Shown here one piece after another: positions 29,268 through 42,486 of a stretch of 64,000 bases of DNA. The notes under the pieces are model-generated. The model was not told the origin of the DNA and made no database searches. It saw only the letters and a list, made by a program, of their open reading frames with translations. The stretch lies in assembly GCF_009914755.1 (NCBI RefSeq), contig NC_060926.1; one strand, written 5' to 3'. How positions within the stretch are numbered: position 1 is the first letter of the stretch; each line of letters begins with the position of its first letter. Position numbers and translations under genes: made by a program. The DNA comes from the human T2T-CHM13v2.0 reference genome, Homo sapiens.

Positions 29268-30883
29268 TTATAGTTGACCTGCAGATAAATAAAGTATGGT
29301 GTTTTTGCCTTTATTCCTTAAATATAATACATATCCTTTCTCTCAATGACCGGCTAATCCAACACTGATGATTCCTTGAAACATCCCTGTGACTTAAAGT
29401 TTACAATTTCTAAGAACTTTTCCTAACTCACCATCTCTCAGTTATTCACACACTTAAATTTTCTTTTATCCTATTGAAATCATGCAAGTATTGTCTGCAA
29501 CCAAGATAGGTAAACATATCTTCTAGACCACTAGAACACATGGCTGTTTTCCAGATATACAATAAGTGATGTCACAGACAAAGAATCAAGATACACACTT
29601 CTCTTTACCACTGAAAATGTTCACCTCACATTTTTATCTCAACTTAGGTGGGTGTGTTTTTGTTTTTTGATTTTGTTTTTCCTACTTATGAAAATAGTGC
29701 CAAAGATCTTCAGTTGGCACTCCAAAGCACAGACAATTGCAACCAATGTTCTAGAGTTACTTCTGAATATTATCCTAGACAAGTAGCAGGAGCACTGACA
29801 TGTTTTCATAAGAGAATAAAAGACATACAAAGATTTATTATCTGGCTTCATAAATTTAAAGCAACTGTAGTGCCTTGAATGTCTTTGTATAAACTTTTAT
29901 ATGACTCTAAAAGAAGATAAAAATCTAATAGAGACTTTCAGAAGGTCAAATATGAAAGATGATCATGTCTAATGAATAAATTGATTTCTGCTGGAGTAAA
30001 TAGGTCACAATTCCAAAAAGAATCTGTATTATTTTTTGACAGTGCACCTAAAGTAAAAATGTGGCTCCATATTATGTAAGATTTTGGTACAATATTTAAA
30101 ATTCTAAAATCATTAAGCAATTCCAACCTATACAGAAGTATGACACCTTGGGATTATCTAGACTATATGGCTAACTCTTTTAATTGTATACAGATGTTAA
30201 GTCTTACCTCTGCATGTGTGCATTGAGAAACCAGATGAAAAAAAAAACTTAACTGTACTTTTCAAAAAACTTGGTTAGATATTTTTATTTAAACATTTGG
30301 TTTTGTACAGTATACATTTAAATTACATTGCTTAATGAATCCATCTGAAAACAGTCACTGGTTGCTTCTGTGATTTGTGAATAGGAGAACATATAAATAT
30401 AGCAGAATGACTTTGTCTAGCAACATGTTCTTGCCAAGATAATTGGGAATTAAATATTTAAATACATGGAAATAATATCTTTGCGGTTACATATGTGACT
30501 TCCAAATCAGACCAAACTAATTCCTTAGGAAGGCCAAGAGATAGTGAAGCCATAGCATCAGAGTGACACCCAGAAATTACAGACGACAAGCATTATGCAA
30601 AGGCATAGAAAATTTGAGATTTTGGTTTTAAGAAATTTTCCTCTTTGTAAGTCAATGTCTTAGTAAACAGGAACTATGTATTCATTACAAACATATTGAT
30701 AGATGTGTATGTGTGGGCATTCATGTGTGTGTATACATGACTATAATTCACAATTTAATTTGGGTAGATAAATAGATATTGTATAGATCCACATATACTT
30801 TCATTTGGCTATATATAAAATATATATACATAATATATAGAATTTCATCTGGTTATTATATTAATATACCATAAATAATAAGA

Positions 30884-30922
30884 GTGTGTGTGTGTGTGTG
30901 TGAGCGCATGTGTGTGTGTGTG
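30884..30922 (+). repeat. (TG)n microsatellite, interrupted
   Basis: Visible directly in the sequence. Confidence 0.9.
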
Positions 30923-31129
30923 AAATTTAGCTATAAACTTTGAGAGGGGAAAGAGAAAGCAAAAAAAAAAAGAAAAGGAAAAGTTAAACCTCAGAAGAGA
31001 ATACACTGATCTAGTGAGTTTTTTTAAATCTTGAAAAAATGGTTTTAAATTTTTGTTTGATACTTTTGTAATCTCAAAGCTGTCGCAATAACATATAGTG
31101 GTTTTGAATTGAAAAATAAAAAGATAATT

Positions 31130-31363
31130 GCCTGCGCTCAGAAGCTGGAGATCAGTTTGGGCAACACAGTGAGATCTCACCTGTACAATAACATATTTTA
31201 AAAAATTAGCCATTGGAGCAGTGCATGCCTGTAGTCCCAGCTACATGGGAGGCTGAGTCGGGAGGATGGCTTGAGCCTGGGGGACTGAAGCTGGAGTGAG
31301 CCATCACTGCCTCATTGCAACTCAAGCCAGGGTGACAGCAACACCTTGTCTCAAAAAAAAAAA
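31130..31363 (+). mobile_element. AluJ, 5'-truncated
   Basis: gggcaacacagtgaga...gggaggatggcttgagcctggg...poly-A; short TSD AAAAGATA. Confidence 0.85.
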
Positions 31364-32317
31364 GATATTAATGGCTTAAATATGCATAATCTCATGTTTG
31401 TTAAATGATGCACAGCCATGAATTTACTATCAATAAATATTTTTACCATTTTCTTTTTTGTTATCTTTTAGATCTCCATCAAAATAAACATAAGTAAATT
31501 AATTCTTTATCTTTACTTTTGCACTATCTTCTCTCGTTTATAGCTTTATCTTTTCAATCAGTTTCTAGCTTCCTTTGGTTTTATTAGTAATGTATTACAT
31601 TTGCATAGCATTATGTATTATATTGAACAATATAAAAGTGCCTTTTATAAGTAAAAATCGTTGATTATTAGCAATTTCATATGGCTTAAACTTAACTCTT
31701 CTCAAAGTGCATTTTTATGAATTCCCTCATTTGATCATCAACCTTGTTATAAGATTAATACTCAGGTTACACAAAAGAAAATAAGGTTTCAAAGAGTTAT
31801 TACTAAGTCTGAATCAGCTAGATATGTTAAAGTACTGGTGCATTGATTGTAGATTAAAGATGTGAACATGCATATACAAAGGCATTGTCCTGAAATTGGT
31901 TTTAATTAAAAGCTCAAAATCCACATTTCCATCTTCCCGCCACAATCTCTTACCCCACTAAAAAGTTATCATGATGATTAACATGGGGCCTTACTTCACT
32001 GAACTACTAATTATTCTTTTCAGTGCTTCTTTTATTATTATGACTTTAACAATACATCTTCTGATCTTACTAATATATTTTTTATTAAGAAGCTTAGTTG
32101 TTTCTACCAAGATTAAAGAGGAGATCATAGCCAAGTTTCTTTTAAAAATGAAGACTGCTTATTCTTAGCAAGAGGAGAAAAAATTGAGGGCAAAATTTTG
32201 TGGAAATTTAATTTGCCTCATTTGTCCACAGTAGGTAAGTATGGCAACTGTATGCAAAATGCAGCAGCCACGCATTTCATCAGTGATAATATGTGACTAG
32301 ACTTTCTACCCTCTCTG

Positions 32318-32457
32318 TTTGTTTTTGTTTTTGTTTGGTAGAGGTAGCACCTCCCAGTGTTGCTCAGGCTGTTCTTGAACTCCTGGCCTCAAGGAATCCT
32401 CCTGCCTTGTCCTCCCAAAGTGCTGGGATTACAGATGTGAGCTGCCACACCTGCCTT
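32318..32457 (-). mobile_element. Alu left monomer (FLAM_C/AluJ-like)
   Basis: tgttgctcaggctgttcttgaactcctggcctcaaggaatcctcctgcc...cccaaagtgctgggattacag. Confidence 0.85.
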
Positions 32458-35362
32458 TCTTCTCAATTTTTTAATCAATATAAATTATAAAATGTGGTTC
32501 ACAACTAAGGTTGAAAAATATCTAGTCCTTCACCCCTTACCCCTTCTCATTCCCCAAACCCTGTGAATCTACTGTAAAATGAATTCATAAACCAAGAGTC
32601 ATTGCTTTTTTATTCTACTGCTTACATTTTACTTGGCAAACACAGAAAGAAGTTGGGTAGTACCTCATGGAAGAACAAAAAAGAAGAACCCTGGGGAACA
32701 ATTTCTGGGAGTATATCATACCACATGAAATCTGGAAAACTCCTTCATTCTCATCTGTCTTTTTTCCATTCTAAATCAACACACTAATTGGATAAAATTT
32801 TGCCCAGTTAACTTATACTTCCTGCAAATATTACTTCAAGGATCTCACTTAAAAATGTAAAATAATTAAATCCCCCCACAAAAAGAAATAATTTAAAAAT
32901 ATACAAAGGTATTTGATACATTTTATTCTTATTCTCTCAAAATTATTATATTTTGAGCAGAATTATTATATTGAAATTCTGTATTTTCCTTACTTAGCAT
33001 TGCACTGGGAATAAGCTGGACACCATCTGTTTGATTCAATTGTTTACCTCAAAGGGGAAGTAAGTTCTAGAAAACAACTCTGAAAAACTGTGTAGATGAA
33101 CTTTCTGATTCTACGACATAGAATAAGGAGCTATATAGAGAATTCTTAGAACTATGTCATAGAATCAGAAAATGTATAAGGCAGAATTCTTAGAATTATG
33201 TTGCAATCAGATGAACTGACATACTCTTTTTTTTTTCCTTTTTGCCTCTTCGCTTTACAATCAAGTTAAACCAATTTACCTTGACTGTGTTTGCACTATT
33301 CCTACTTCATCTTTATTGAGTAATTATGTTCCTTCTCATGACAACAAAACTACATTTTGAAACCTTCTCATTTAAAGCAGGTACACAAGTCAAGACAGAC
33401 ACCGATCTCCAGTGCAGAGGTGCATTGGACAATGTGACAAGGGACGCAGTGGTAATTATAAAAGATCTGTTGACATTATGTCTTTTCTAAATCCCATTAG
33501 AATGATGCATTTTAAACTTATTATTTGATCAGGATGAGGAGAGTAAGATAATTAAAATCTTTACAGTACCTATATTTCATATACTAAAACACAGTAACAA
33601 TATGTGAGAATTATATTTCAAGCATTGGGTCATTTCTGTGTCTTATAAGTCTCTTTGCTATTTAAGAACCCATGGTATTTTTTTATTTCTATTTCTATTT
33701 CAAATATTAAAATGTTTATACCCATATGTCTATTTCAGAAGAGGTATTGTAAAATGATTTAAAATTTTGTGGTCCCTTAATAAATTCTATATAAAAAGCA
33801 TAGATTAAAGTGGTCAGGACTATTTAAAAACCAGTATTTGTGTGTATGTATATGTGTGTATTTTAAGAGAGTGAATATCCATGAAACATATCCTCATAAA
33901 CTGGCCTAACTGGTCTTCATAGAAAAGCATTATTTTCACGCTATTTTATCTATAGAATTAATTGTTTTGCATAGTCATAGAATTTTCTATATACAAGAAT
34001 CCCCAGTGCCCATCTTCCTACAAGTTAAATAATGCATAAGTGTATCCTGAAAAATGCTAGAATATCTCTCTTCAGAGAACCCATGTAAATAAATTAGCTC
34101 ATATTCTTGGAAAACAGCCTTGCTGTGTCTGTGTGTTCTCCTTCACCACACCTGGACAGACCTCAACTCGTAAACAAACATCCTAAGATCTTAAGTATAA
34201 TTAGTGCAACCAAAACACTTGAATATCAATATTATTCTTTTTAATTGCATTAGCTTAAAATATTGTATCTTTTTGTTGTCTAAGAACCAGAGCCCTATGG
34301 TTTTCTCTTAATGTTAAATTGTCTATAATAATGAGTCAAAGTCATATTAGAAAATATTAGTACTCACATGGCCATTATCTATTATGCCCCATTGATGAAC
34401 GCTTTGGGAGGGTGATGTTAAATCTTCTTCTATTTTATTTAGGAATCTCATTGGATATCATAGCACAGTCTACACATTTCAGTGTCTCCTGGGTGGCAGA
34501 CCTCACAGAATGAAGCCAGGAGCCTTATGCTGAGAGAATAGGAATGTTCAATGGGTTCTTCCTTCATCAAGAAAAAAAGCACCCAGAAAACAAATAGCTA
34601 ACAGCCATCTTGAAGCTATCTTGTGTGCTTGTCTCAGTAAAAAAACTAAACAGAAGGAGGAAAAAACAAACTTGACATGGTTAAAAAGCAGAGGCTGCTC
34701 ATCTGGATTTATCTTGCGTTATGCTTTTTTAATCAAAAATTCTTCAAAGCTTACTGATTGTTTGGTTCATGAGGTGAAGGGCCTGTATCTTCAAAGAAAG
34801 AAGAGGCAAGATCTGCTAAAAGAGAAAGCCTCTCGTGATGATGTACTTACTGCCACTCAGACCAGAAAAGATTCTGGCCCTGATGCAGTTAATCACTTGG
34901 GCCATGAGTTGGTCACTGCTGTATCCTACGGAGAGCCTGAACAAGTAGAACTTTTGTTGAGTCATTCAACTGTAGAATTTCTGCTTCAAAGGCAACAAAG
35001 TCCTTTCCTCCAAGATATTAAAACATAGACTAACCAGGAATGATTTATGTATTTTAAGATACAAATAATACGGATTTTTTTAACACTATTACTAAATTAT
35101 GTTTAAGGTCTTTGAGTTTAAAACTGTTAGGAGGACTCTCAGGCTATATAAATTACACAGGGCTCTCGGAGATCACAAACTGTCTAAAGAAAAAGGGTCA
35201 TGAGGAAGGCACCATCTCTCCCCATGTTTTCATGACTGAATTTCCATAATTTATTTAGTTTCTACCAATGACAGAAGGCGGGTGGAGGAAGGAACAAGAA
35301 AGCTATCTTAAAAGGAGATACAACAGAGTAAATATTTTCCCAGTTAGAATCTTAGTGACTTT

Positions 35363-37879
35363 GAGGGGATTAAAAGAACCTACTGTGAATAATTATACAT
35401 CAATAACTTGGATAATCCAGAAAAAGTATATAAATTCCTAGAAACATACAACCTATCAACTGAATCATGAATATAAAATCTGAACAGTTCATTAACTATT
35501 AAGGAGATTAAATCAGTAATTAAAAGCCTCCCAAAAAAGAAAAGCCCAGATGAGATGGTTGCACTGGAGAATTACACAAAACAATAAAAAAAAATAGTGC
35601 TAATTCTTCTCAGAATTTTCTAAGAAATAGAAGAGAAGAGAACATTTCCATACTTATTTTATGAGGCCAGCATTGTGGTGATAGGGATACCAAAGCTAGA
35701 CAAGGACTACAAGAAAAGAAAACAACAGGCCAATATCCCTAGTGAACACAGATGCAAAAATTCACAACAAAATACTAACAAAGCAAATTTAACAGCATAT
35801 TAAAAGTATCATACATCATGACGAAGAGGGATCTATTCCTGGGTTGCAGGGATGGTTCAACATACCAAAAGCAAATCAATGTAATACACCACATTAGTAG
35901 AATAAAGAGTGATCATCTCAATAGATGCAGGGGGTAAAAAAGTATTTTACTAAATTCAACCCCTTTTCATGATAAAAACACTTAACAAACTAGGAATAGA
36001 AAAATTACTTCAACATAATAAAGGCCATATGTGAAAAACCCAGAGCTAACAACATACTCAAAGGTGAAAAACTAAGAGCTCTTCCTGGATAATCAGGAAC
36101 AAGGTATTAATGCTCACTCTTGCCACTTCTATTCAAGATAGTATTGGAAGTCCCAGCTAGAGCAATGAAGTAAGAAAGATAAATAAAATGCATCAAAGCC
36201 AGCAAAAAGTAAAAAAAATCTCTGTTTGCAGATGGCTTGATTTTATATGTAGAAAACCCTAAAGACTCCATAGCAAAAAAAAAAAAAAAAAAAAGTTGGA
36301 ACTAATAAGCAAAAAAGTTGCAGGATACAAAGTCAACATACAAAAACAATTGTTTTTTTTTTTATTCCTGAAAAAAAGATATTAATAGTTTGATAAGGAT
36401 TGCATTGAATCTGCTGATTGCTTTAGATAGTTTGGACATCTTAACAATATTAAGCATTCCAATTTGGAAACACAGGATGCCTTTCTATTTATCTGTGTCT
36501 TATTTAATCAGTATATAAGTTTTCAGTATATAGGTCTTTCAACTCCTTGGGTAAGTTTATCACTAACTGTTTTATTATTTTTGTTGATATTATAAATAAA
36601 ATTGGTTTAATTTTTTATTTTTTTATTGTATATATCCATATGCAAAAGATTGAAACTGGATCCTTATCTTACACACAAAAATCAACTCATAATAGATTAA
36701 AGACCTAAACATAAGACCTGCAACTGTAAAATGCCTAAAATAAAACACAGGTGAAAAGCTTTAAAACATTGCTCTTGGCAATGATTTCCTGAATACGACA
36801 CCAAAAGTACAGAAAAGAGGAAAATTGGACAAATAAGACTACATTAAACTAAAAAGCATATGTGCAGTAAAGGAAATGAGTGAAAAGGCAATCTATGGAA
36901 TGAGAGAAAATATATGCAAACCATATATCTTATAAGAAATCAATAACCAAAATATATAAAAAACTCCATAACTCAATGGCAGAAACACAACTTGATTAAA
37001 AAGCGGGCAAAGAACTTGTTTAGACATTTGTTCCAAGAAATACAAATGGCCAACAAGTATATAAAAAGATGATCAATATCAGTAATCAAGCAAGGAAATG
37101 CAAATCAAAACCACAAGGAGGAGGGAAAGCAATGCGATATCAACCGACACCTGTTACGATGGCCATAACCAAAACACAAAATAACAACTGTCAGCAAGGA
37201 TGGGAAGACATTGGAACCCTTGTGCACTTTTGGTGAGAATGTAAAATGGTGCAGCCACTGTGTGAAACAGTATGGAGGTTCCTCAAACAATTAAAAATAG
37301 AACTACCATATGATTCAGTATTTACCATGTGATTTCTGGTATTCACCCAAAGGAACTGAAAACTAGGACCCTGAAGAGGCATCTGCACTTCTGTGTTCGT
37401 TGCAGCATTACTCGCAATAGCCAAAGGGCAGAAACAACCTGTGTCCATTGACAGATAAATGGAAAAAGAAAATGTGGTATGTACATACAATGAAATATTA
37501 TTCTTCCTTAGAGAAATAGGAACATCTTGTTATATGCTACAACATAAACCTTGAGGATATCATGCTAAGTGAAAGAAACCAGTCACAGGAGACAAACATT
37601 GCATGATTCCACTTCTATGAGGTACCTAAAATGATCAAGTTCATATAAGTAGAAAGTAGAACAGTAGCTGACAGGGGATAATAGGGCATAGGGAAGATAG
37701 GGAGTTGCTGTTCAATGGGTAGAGAGTTTCAGTCACGCAAGGTGAAAAAAGTTCTAGAGATCTTCCCTACAACAATGTTCATATTATTAACAATAGAGTC
37801 CTGCACACTTAGCAATTTGTTAAGAGGATAAATTACATGTTATGTTTTTTTTTAAATCTCAATCAAAGGAAAGAAAAAA
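35363..37879 (+). mobile_element. 5'-truncated L1 (L1MB-like) with an internal inverted segment
   Basis: ORF2-like sequence (aacaggccaatatccctagtgaacacagatgcaaaaatt), L1MB-type 3' UTR and A-rich tail; TSD AGAATCTTAGTGA(C/T)TTT at 35346-35362 and 37880-37896; ~36350-36633 is antisense L1. Confidence 0.9.
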
Positions 37880-39284
37880 AGAATCTTAGTGATTTTTAGA
37901 GCAGTGATTATTTCCCTGAATTATTTCCATGTTCACCCCATCATTAAAAAAAGAAAAATCCTTGGTTGTTCATTCAACCACAGAGAAGTGGTTATAAATC
38001 CCAACATATTGGTACTTTACTGTTAACACTGACTTGAGCAGACATCACTCATGATAATTCCTGTGTTTGCCATTTGCATTGTATCACCCTGACTTGTCCT
38101 GGTACGCACCAGCACCACTCTGCTCACTTGTTAATACACACATTTTCCACTGCACATGTTGGTTACAGGTCACTTTTTCCTTAAATTTAATTGCAACACT
38201 TAAGCATGGACTAACCAGGACTCATGTTTTTATTAATACATTTTTAAGAACCCATGATTGATATTCTTTTAGCCCTGGGGATGGGGATATGAAAAAAAAC
38301 AAGAATCATGAAGTGGTCCAGAAAATTGCTCTGGACCATCCTGATTTCTCTCCTGTATTAATTCCTATTGAACTTACTATCCTTTCTATTGAATTTTAGT
38401 GCAGAATTGCTTTCTGATAGTGTCTATCTTTATTCTCTTTCCCCATTAAATCATCTCACTGTTACCTTACTTTCTAACACCACTTCCTGCACAGGTGTTG
38501 TGTGTCCCATAATCTCATTGCTTGAGTGATTTGAACTAATTTAACTCACATGACTGACAGTTCAGTGGAGGGTGTCCTTTTGACAGGGTGGAGAAGAAGC
38601 TTGACTGTAATATTGCTCAGCTGTACTGCTATGGACCTCATTTAAGACCACAAACACTTTTTCAATGATTTATTTAACTTTTTGAACAGATAATATATTC
38701 ACAAAGCTCAAAAACTAAAAAGCACAAAAAGATGTGTGCTGCAATGTTTCCAACCTATTCTTGTTTGCCGTCTGCCTTTCATCCTCGCTCTACCCTCCAT
38801 CCAGGTGACCCTGGGATGTAGACAGCAGTACCTAAAGTTTCCCAGACGCTTCTAAAGCAGAACATTGTTGTTTTCAGTTGTAAACAAGGAGGAGCCTGGT
38901 GTGATTTCAGGTTCCAGTTTCCAGATGTCGCCTCTCTGTCAGGGATCAAAACCACTTACAGTGCCAATTTCACTTGTCAAGCAATCAAACACTAAATAAA
39001 CAAACCAAATGGATACTGAACACCCACGAGGTCTGTTTGTGTTATAGATTATGGAGAGGATAGGGATAAACAAGTAAATTATTAATCTTGAAACAGATAT
39101 GTGGAAAACCATATCTACATTAAATTGTCAATAAAACTGCATTTTCTAATTAAGCAGGTGTGAGATTTCCATATATGCATTCACCCCCAACAACATATTT
39201 ATTTAGGACTTGGCAGAAGTTTAGGTGTCATCAATGAGAATCCACTCATTTAACTAATGAGAAAACTGAAGTTCAGAGATGCAT

Positions 39285-39752
39285 CAGGGTTTATAATTAA
39301 GAATATGAAGAGTATGGATCCAGCCAGACTTGGTTTAATCCAAGCTTGTCCAACCCACGGCCCACAGGCCCCATGCAGCCCAGGATGGTTTTGAATGCAG
39401 CCCAACACAAATTCTTAAAGTTTCTTAAAACATTATAGATTTTTTTGCAACATTTTTTAAGCTCATCAGCTATCGTTAGTGTATTTTATATGTGGCCCAA
39501 GACAATTCTTCTTCTTCCAATGTGGTGAAGGGAAACCAAAAGATTGGACACCCCTGGCTTAATCCTACCACTTAGCAGCTGTGTGACATTAGACAAACTA
39601 CATAACTCCTATGTGCTTAAATCTTCCCATCTGCAAAATGGAAATAAGAATATATCCTTCATAAGACTGTAGTGATTAAGTGAGTTAACATATGTAAATA
39701 GCTAAGAAGGATGCTTGACATAGAATAAGCACCATAGAAGTGCAAGCTGTTA
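39285..39752 (+). mobile_element. MIR interrupted by MER30
   Basis: taccacttagcagctgtgtgacattagacaa...catctgcaaaatggaaataag...gtgagttaacatatgtaaa. Confidence 0.8.
39341..39556 (-). mobile_element. MER30 (hAT-Charlie)
   Basis: CAAGCTTGTCCAACCC ... AAAAGATTGGACACCCCTG; 8-bp TSD GTTTAATC/GCTTAATC. Confidence 0.93.
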
Positions 39753-42462
39753 TAGGTTAAGTGTCTTGTGAAAGATGAGAACAGCTGGGAGAGTCTAGAG
39801 AGGGTTACATGCTGATAAAATGATGTACTGAATTATCCATTACAAAGCATTAGAGGAAAATAAAATTCATAATAAGGTAATGTGCACATTGCACACGTGA
39901 AAAAAGAATTTAAGAAGGCTGGAGTAAAATAAGCAAATTACACTGATTTAGCTCATAAACAAGGAAATAAAAAAATCAATAAGGTGGACAAATAAGTAGG
40001 CTCTCATAAGCATCACTGGGCCAGGACAAAGGTCTCAGAGACTCCAAATCTACTCAGTTCTGGAAATGCTTCCTTTATTTATTTATTTATTTTTAATTTT
40101 CTGAGGGAAAATACAGAATGAAAAGGACGTATACTCACAGGTAAGTGCCAAATGTTTTGATAGGAAAACATTTTAAACACTAATTGACTTTGAATCACGT
40201 TTGAGTAAATTTTGGTCTTCATTGTATTTAAGTGATAGTCTAATTACTACCTATGATTTCAGAACTTTTACCAAATAAGAAAATAAAAACAATTAGCTAT
40301 TGCTCATCTTTTTCTATGTGAGTGCTAACATAAATTTTTAAAATATAAAACAAAGTGAAAGATTAGTATAATTTTGCTTTTCATTTTAAAATAAATATAG
40401 CTTTCCGTTTAAACTGTCTTCAGATACATTTCTCTCAGTATCTAAAACAATTACTAAACAAGATACGTTTCAAAGTAAGAAGTCATGCTTTTATTAAAGA
40501 GAAAATGGATAATAATGTTCACAAGTACCACTGATTCACAATTTCTAGATTAGTTATATTTAAGTGATTGAACAACAAATAAGGAAAGTCTTAAAAATAA
40601 ATATTTTTCTGCAGAAAATACACAAATATATTCCACTCTTGAGAGATCTCACCTTTGCATAATATAAGACACTCATCTGATGCAGTTAGCCTATAGATCC
40701 TTTAATGACCTTACAGCCAAATCTAATCAAGCTTAGATTGCAACAGAAAGTAAAGGACACACTCCTATTTTATCAAAATGTGAATGCTGAGAAAAAGAGA
40801 AGAGGGAATAATATGCCTTTTAAATTTATGATAAGATAATTAGCAACCTTGCTAATGTAGTTCTTCAAACATTAAATCCTCGTTTTCATTCTTCTTCCCT
40901 ACCAAATTTAATATACTATGAGAACTCTTTAGCTTAATTATGAAAATAATAATAATAGAGTTAAGGGTCTGTCAATCCAGCTTAAGCCCCTATCTAGAAT
41001 TTAGAACCTGGCATCCTAATTAAACTGCAAATACTTTATTTACAAAGTTATTGTTTATACATTGTAATGAATTAATCTGATTGAATCTCTGACTGATTAT
41101 GGGCTACCATGTATATTTTCAAAGCAATGAGAGGGGCATACAATTGCATTTCCAACATTCAGTCGCTCAGCATAATTAGAGAAAGTAACTATAGACGTCA
41201 ATAATCAATGTGCACTTGCACCCTGGAGACCTGGGCACCATTACGATTCCAGGAACCTCTTTGAGTTGTCATTTTAATTATTTGCATATTAAGATCTCTG
41301 CAGGCAGGCAATACTTCAAAAGATAGGCCAAAACAGCTCCTTCAAATGTTATTAAGTTCAACATTGCCAAATATATTTTAGTTGCCAATTTTGAAAACCA
41401 AAGAGATTATTTAAAGTCTATCACAAAACTGTTACAGTGAGAAGACTGAGTTAACTACCTGTGACCCTAGGCCATCAGTGCAGACCTGGGGTTGCTGAAG
41501 ATTTGGAAAAGTGAATCAAAATTTTTTTTTCTGGAAAAAATAATAAAAAGTAACAATACCTACCATCATACAACTACAATAAAATAAATGCTTTACAAAT
41601 AATGTCAAATAATAGATACTCCATAAATTCTGGTGAATCTTTGTTATTATAAGTAGTAGCAGAGGCAACATCAACATTCACATTCCTGATTCCCATAGCA
41701 CTGCTTTTTCTATGAATTAATGTTGTTTCCTCAACTAGACTGAAGAATTAATAAAAAGTCCTATTTTACCTTAAGTACAAAGTGTTTTGTCTACATGCTA
41801 ATTAAGTACGCCAAATTGTTTTCTATGCTTCTAGAAGACAAATAATGATTTATGGGTCCTAAAGAGCACTTGGAATAGTGCTGGATCCACAGTAAATGTC
41901 CAGTAATTGGTTATTTATTGCTTGATATAAGTAAGCACACAAAATGAAGGATTCAATGTTAAAGAATCAAACAGAGATTTATGAGTGTGATCAAACAGAG
42001 TTACTATGTTGGAGGTAAATTTAATTCTTGTATATTTCAAATATATGTCAAATATTTCTGGGACATTTTGAATTGACTTTCCTCTCTGTGAATGGCAACA
42101 CTACCCAACATCTATGGTAAGCCTCATTTTCTCTTATCCCCAACAATGCCTCACACACACAATGAACAAGAAATGAGAAACAATGTGGTCAGGCTTTCTG
42201 TCATAAAATCTGATTATAGAGCAGGATTTGCTATGCAGAAGAATTTAGAGGAAGTCAGAGCCACAAAGTGTGGCTGTGCCACCAAACTACATTTTTTTCA
42301 CACACAAAAAAGAGAAAGTAGAATAAGAGGCTGAATGGAAAGGAGAAATAACATAGACAGTACTGAGTACTTGTTAACATCCAATATATAAAAGAGCTAC
42401 CTGAATAAACAGAGAAAAATATGACTATAGTATTATTATTGCTACAATTCAAACCCTTTGAG

Positions 42463-42486
42463 TGTGTGTGTGTGTGTGTGTGTGTG
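42463..42486 (+). repeat. (TG)n microsatellite
   Basis: Visible directly in the sequence. Confidence 0.9.

Noticed and set aside
34621-35028. 135-aa plus-strand ORF
   Set aside because: Starts at TTG, resembles no protein I recognise and lacks convincing flanking splice signals; expected by chance.
35363-37490. L1 ORF2 coding potential
   Set aside because: 5'-truncated, full of stops and frameshifts, and internally inverted.
38314-38338. TGGTCCAGA...TCTGGACCA 9-bp hairpin
   Set aside because: Length is within chance expectation.
38917-38935. CTCF-like CCAGATGTCGCC
   Set aside because: The 5' part of the motif mismatches; too weak without binding data.
40081-40146. Strong donor CAG|GTAAGT at 40140 with a possible 35-nt exon
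   Set aside because: The nearest acceptor is a weak GAG; isolated donors are common.
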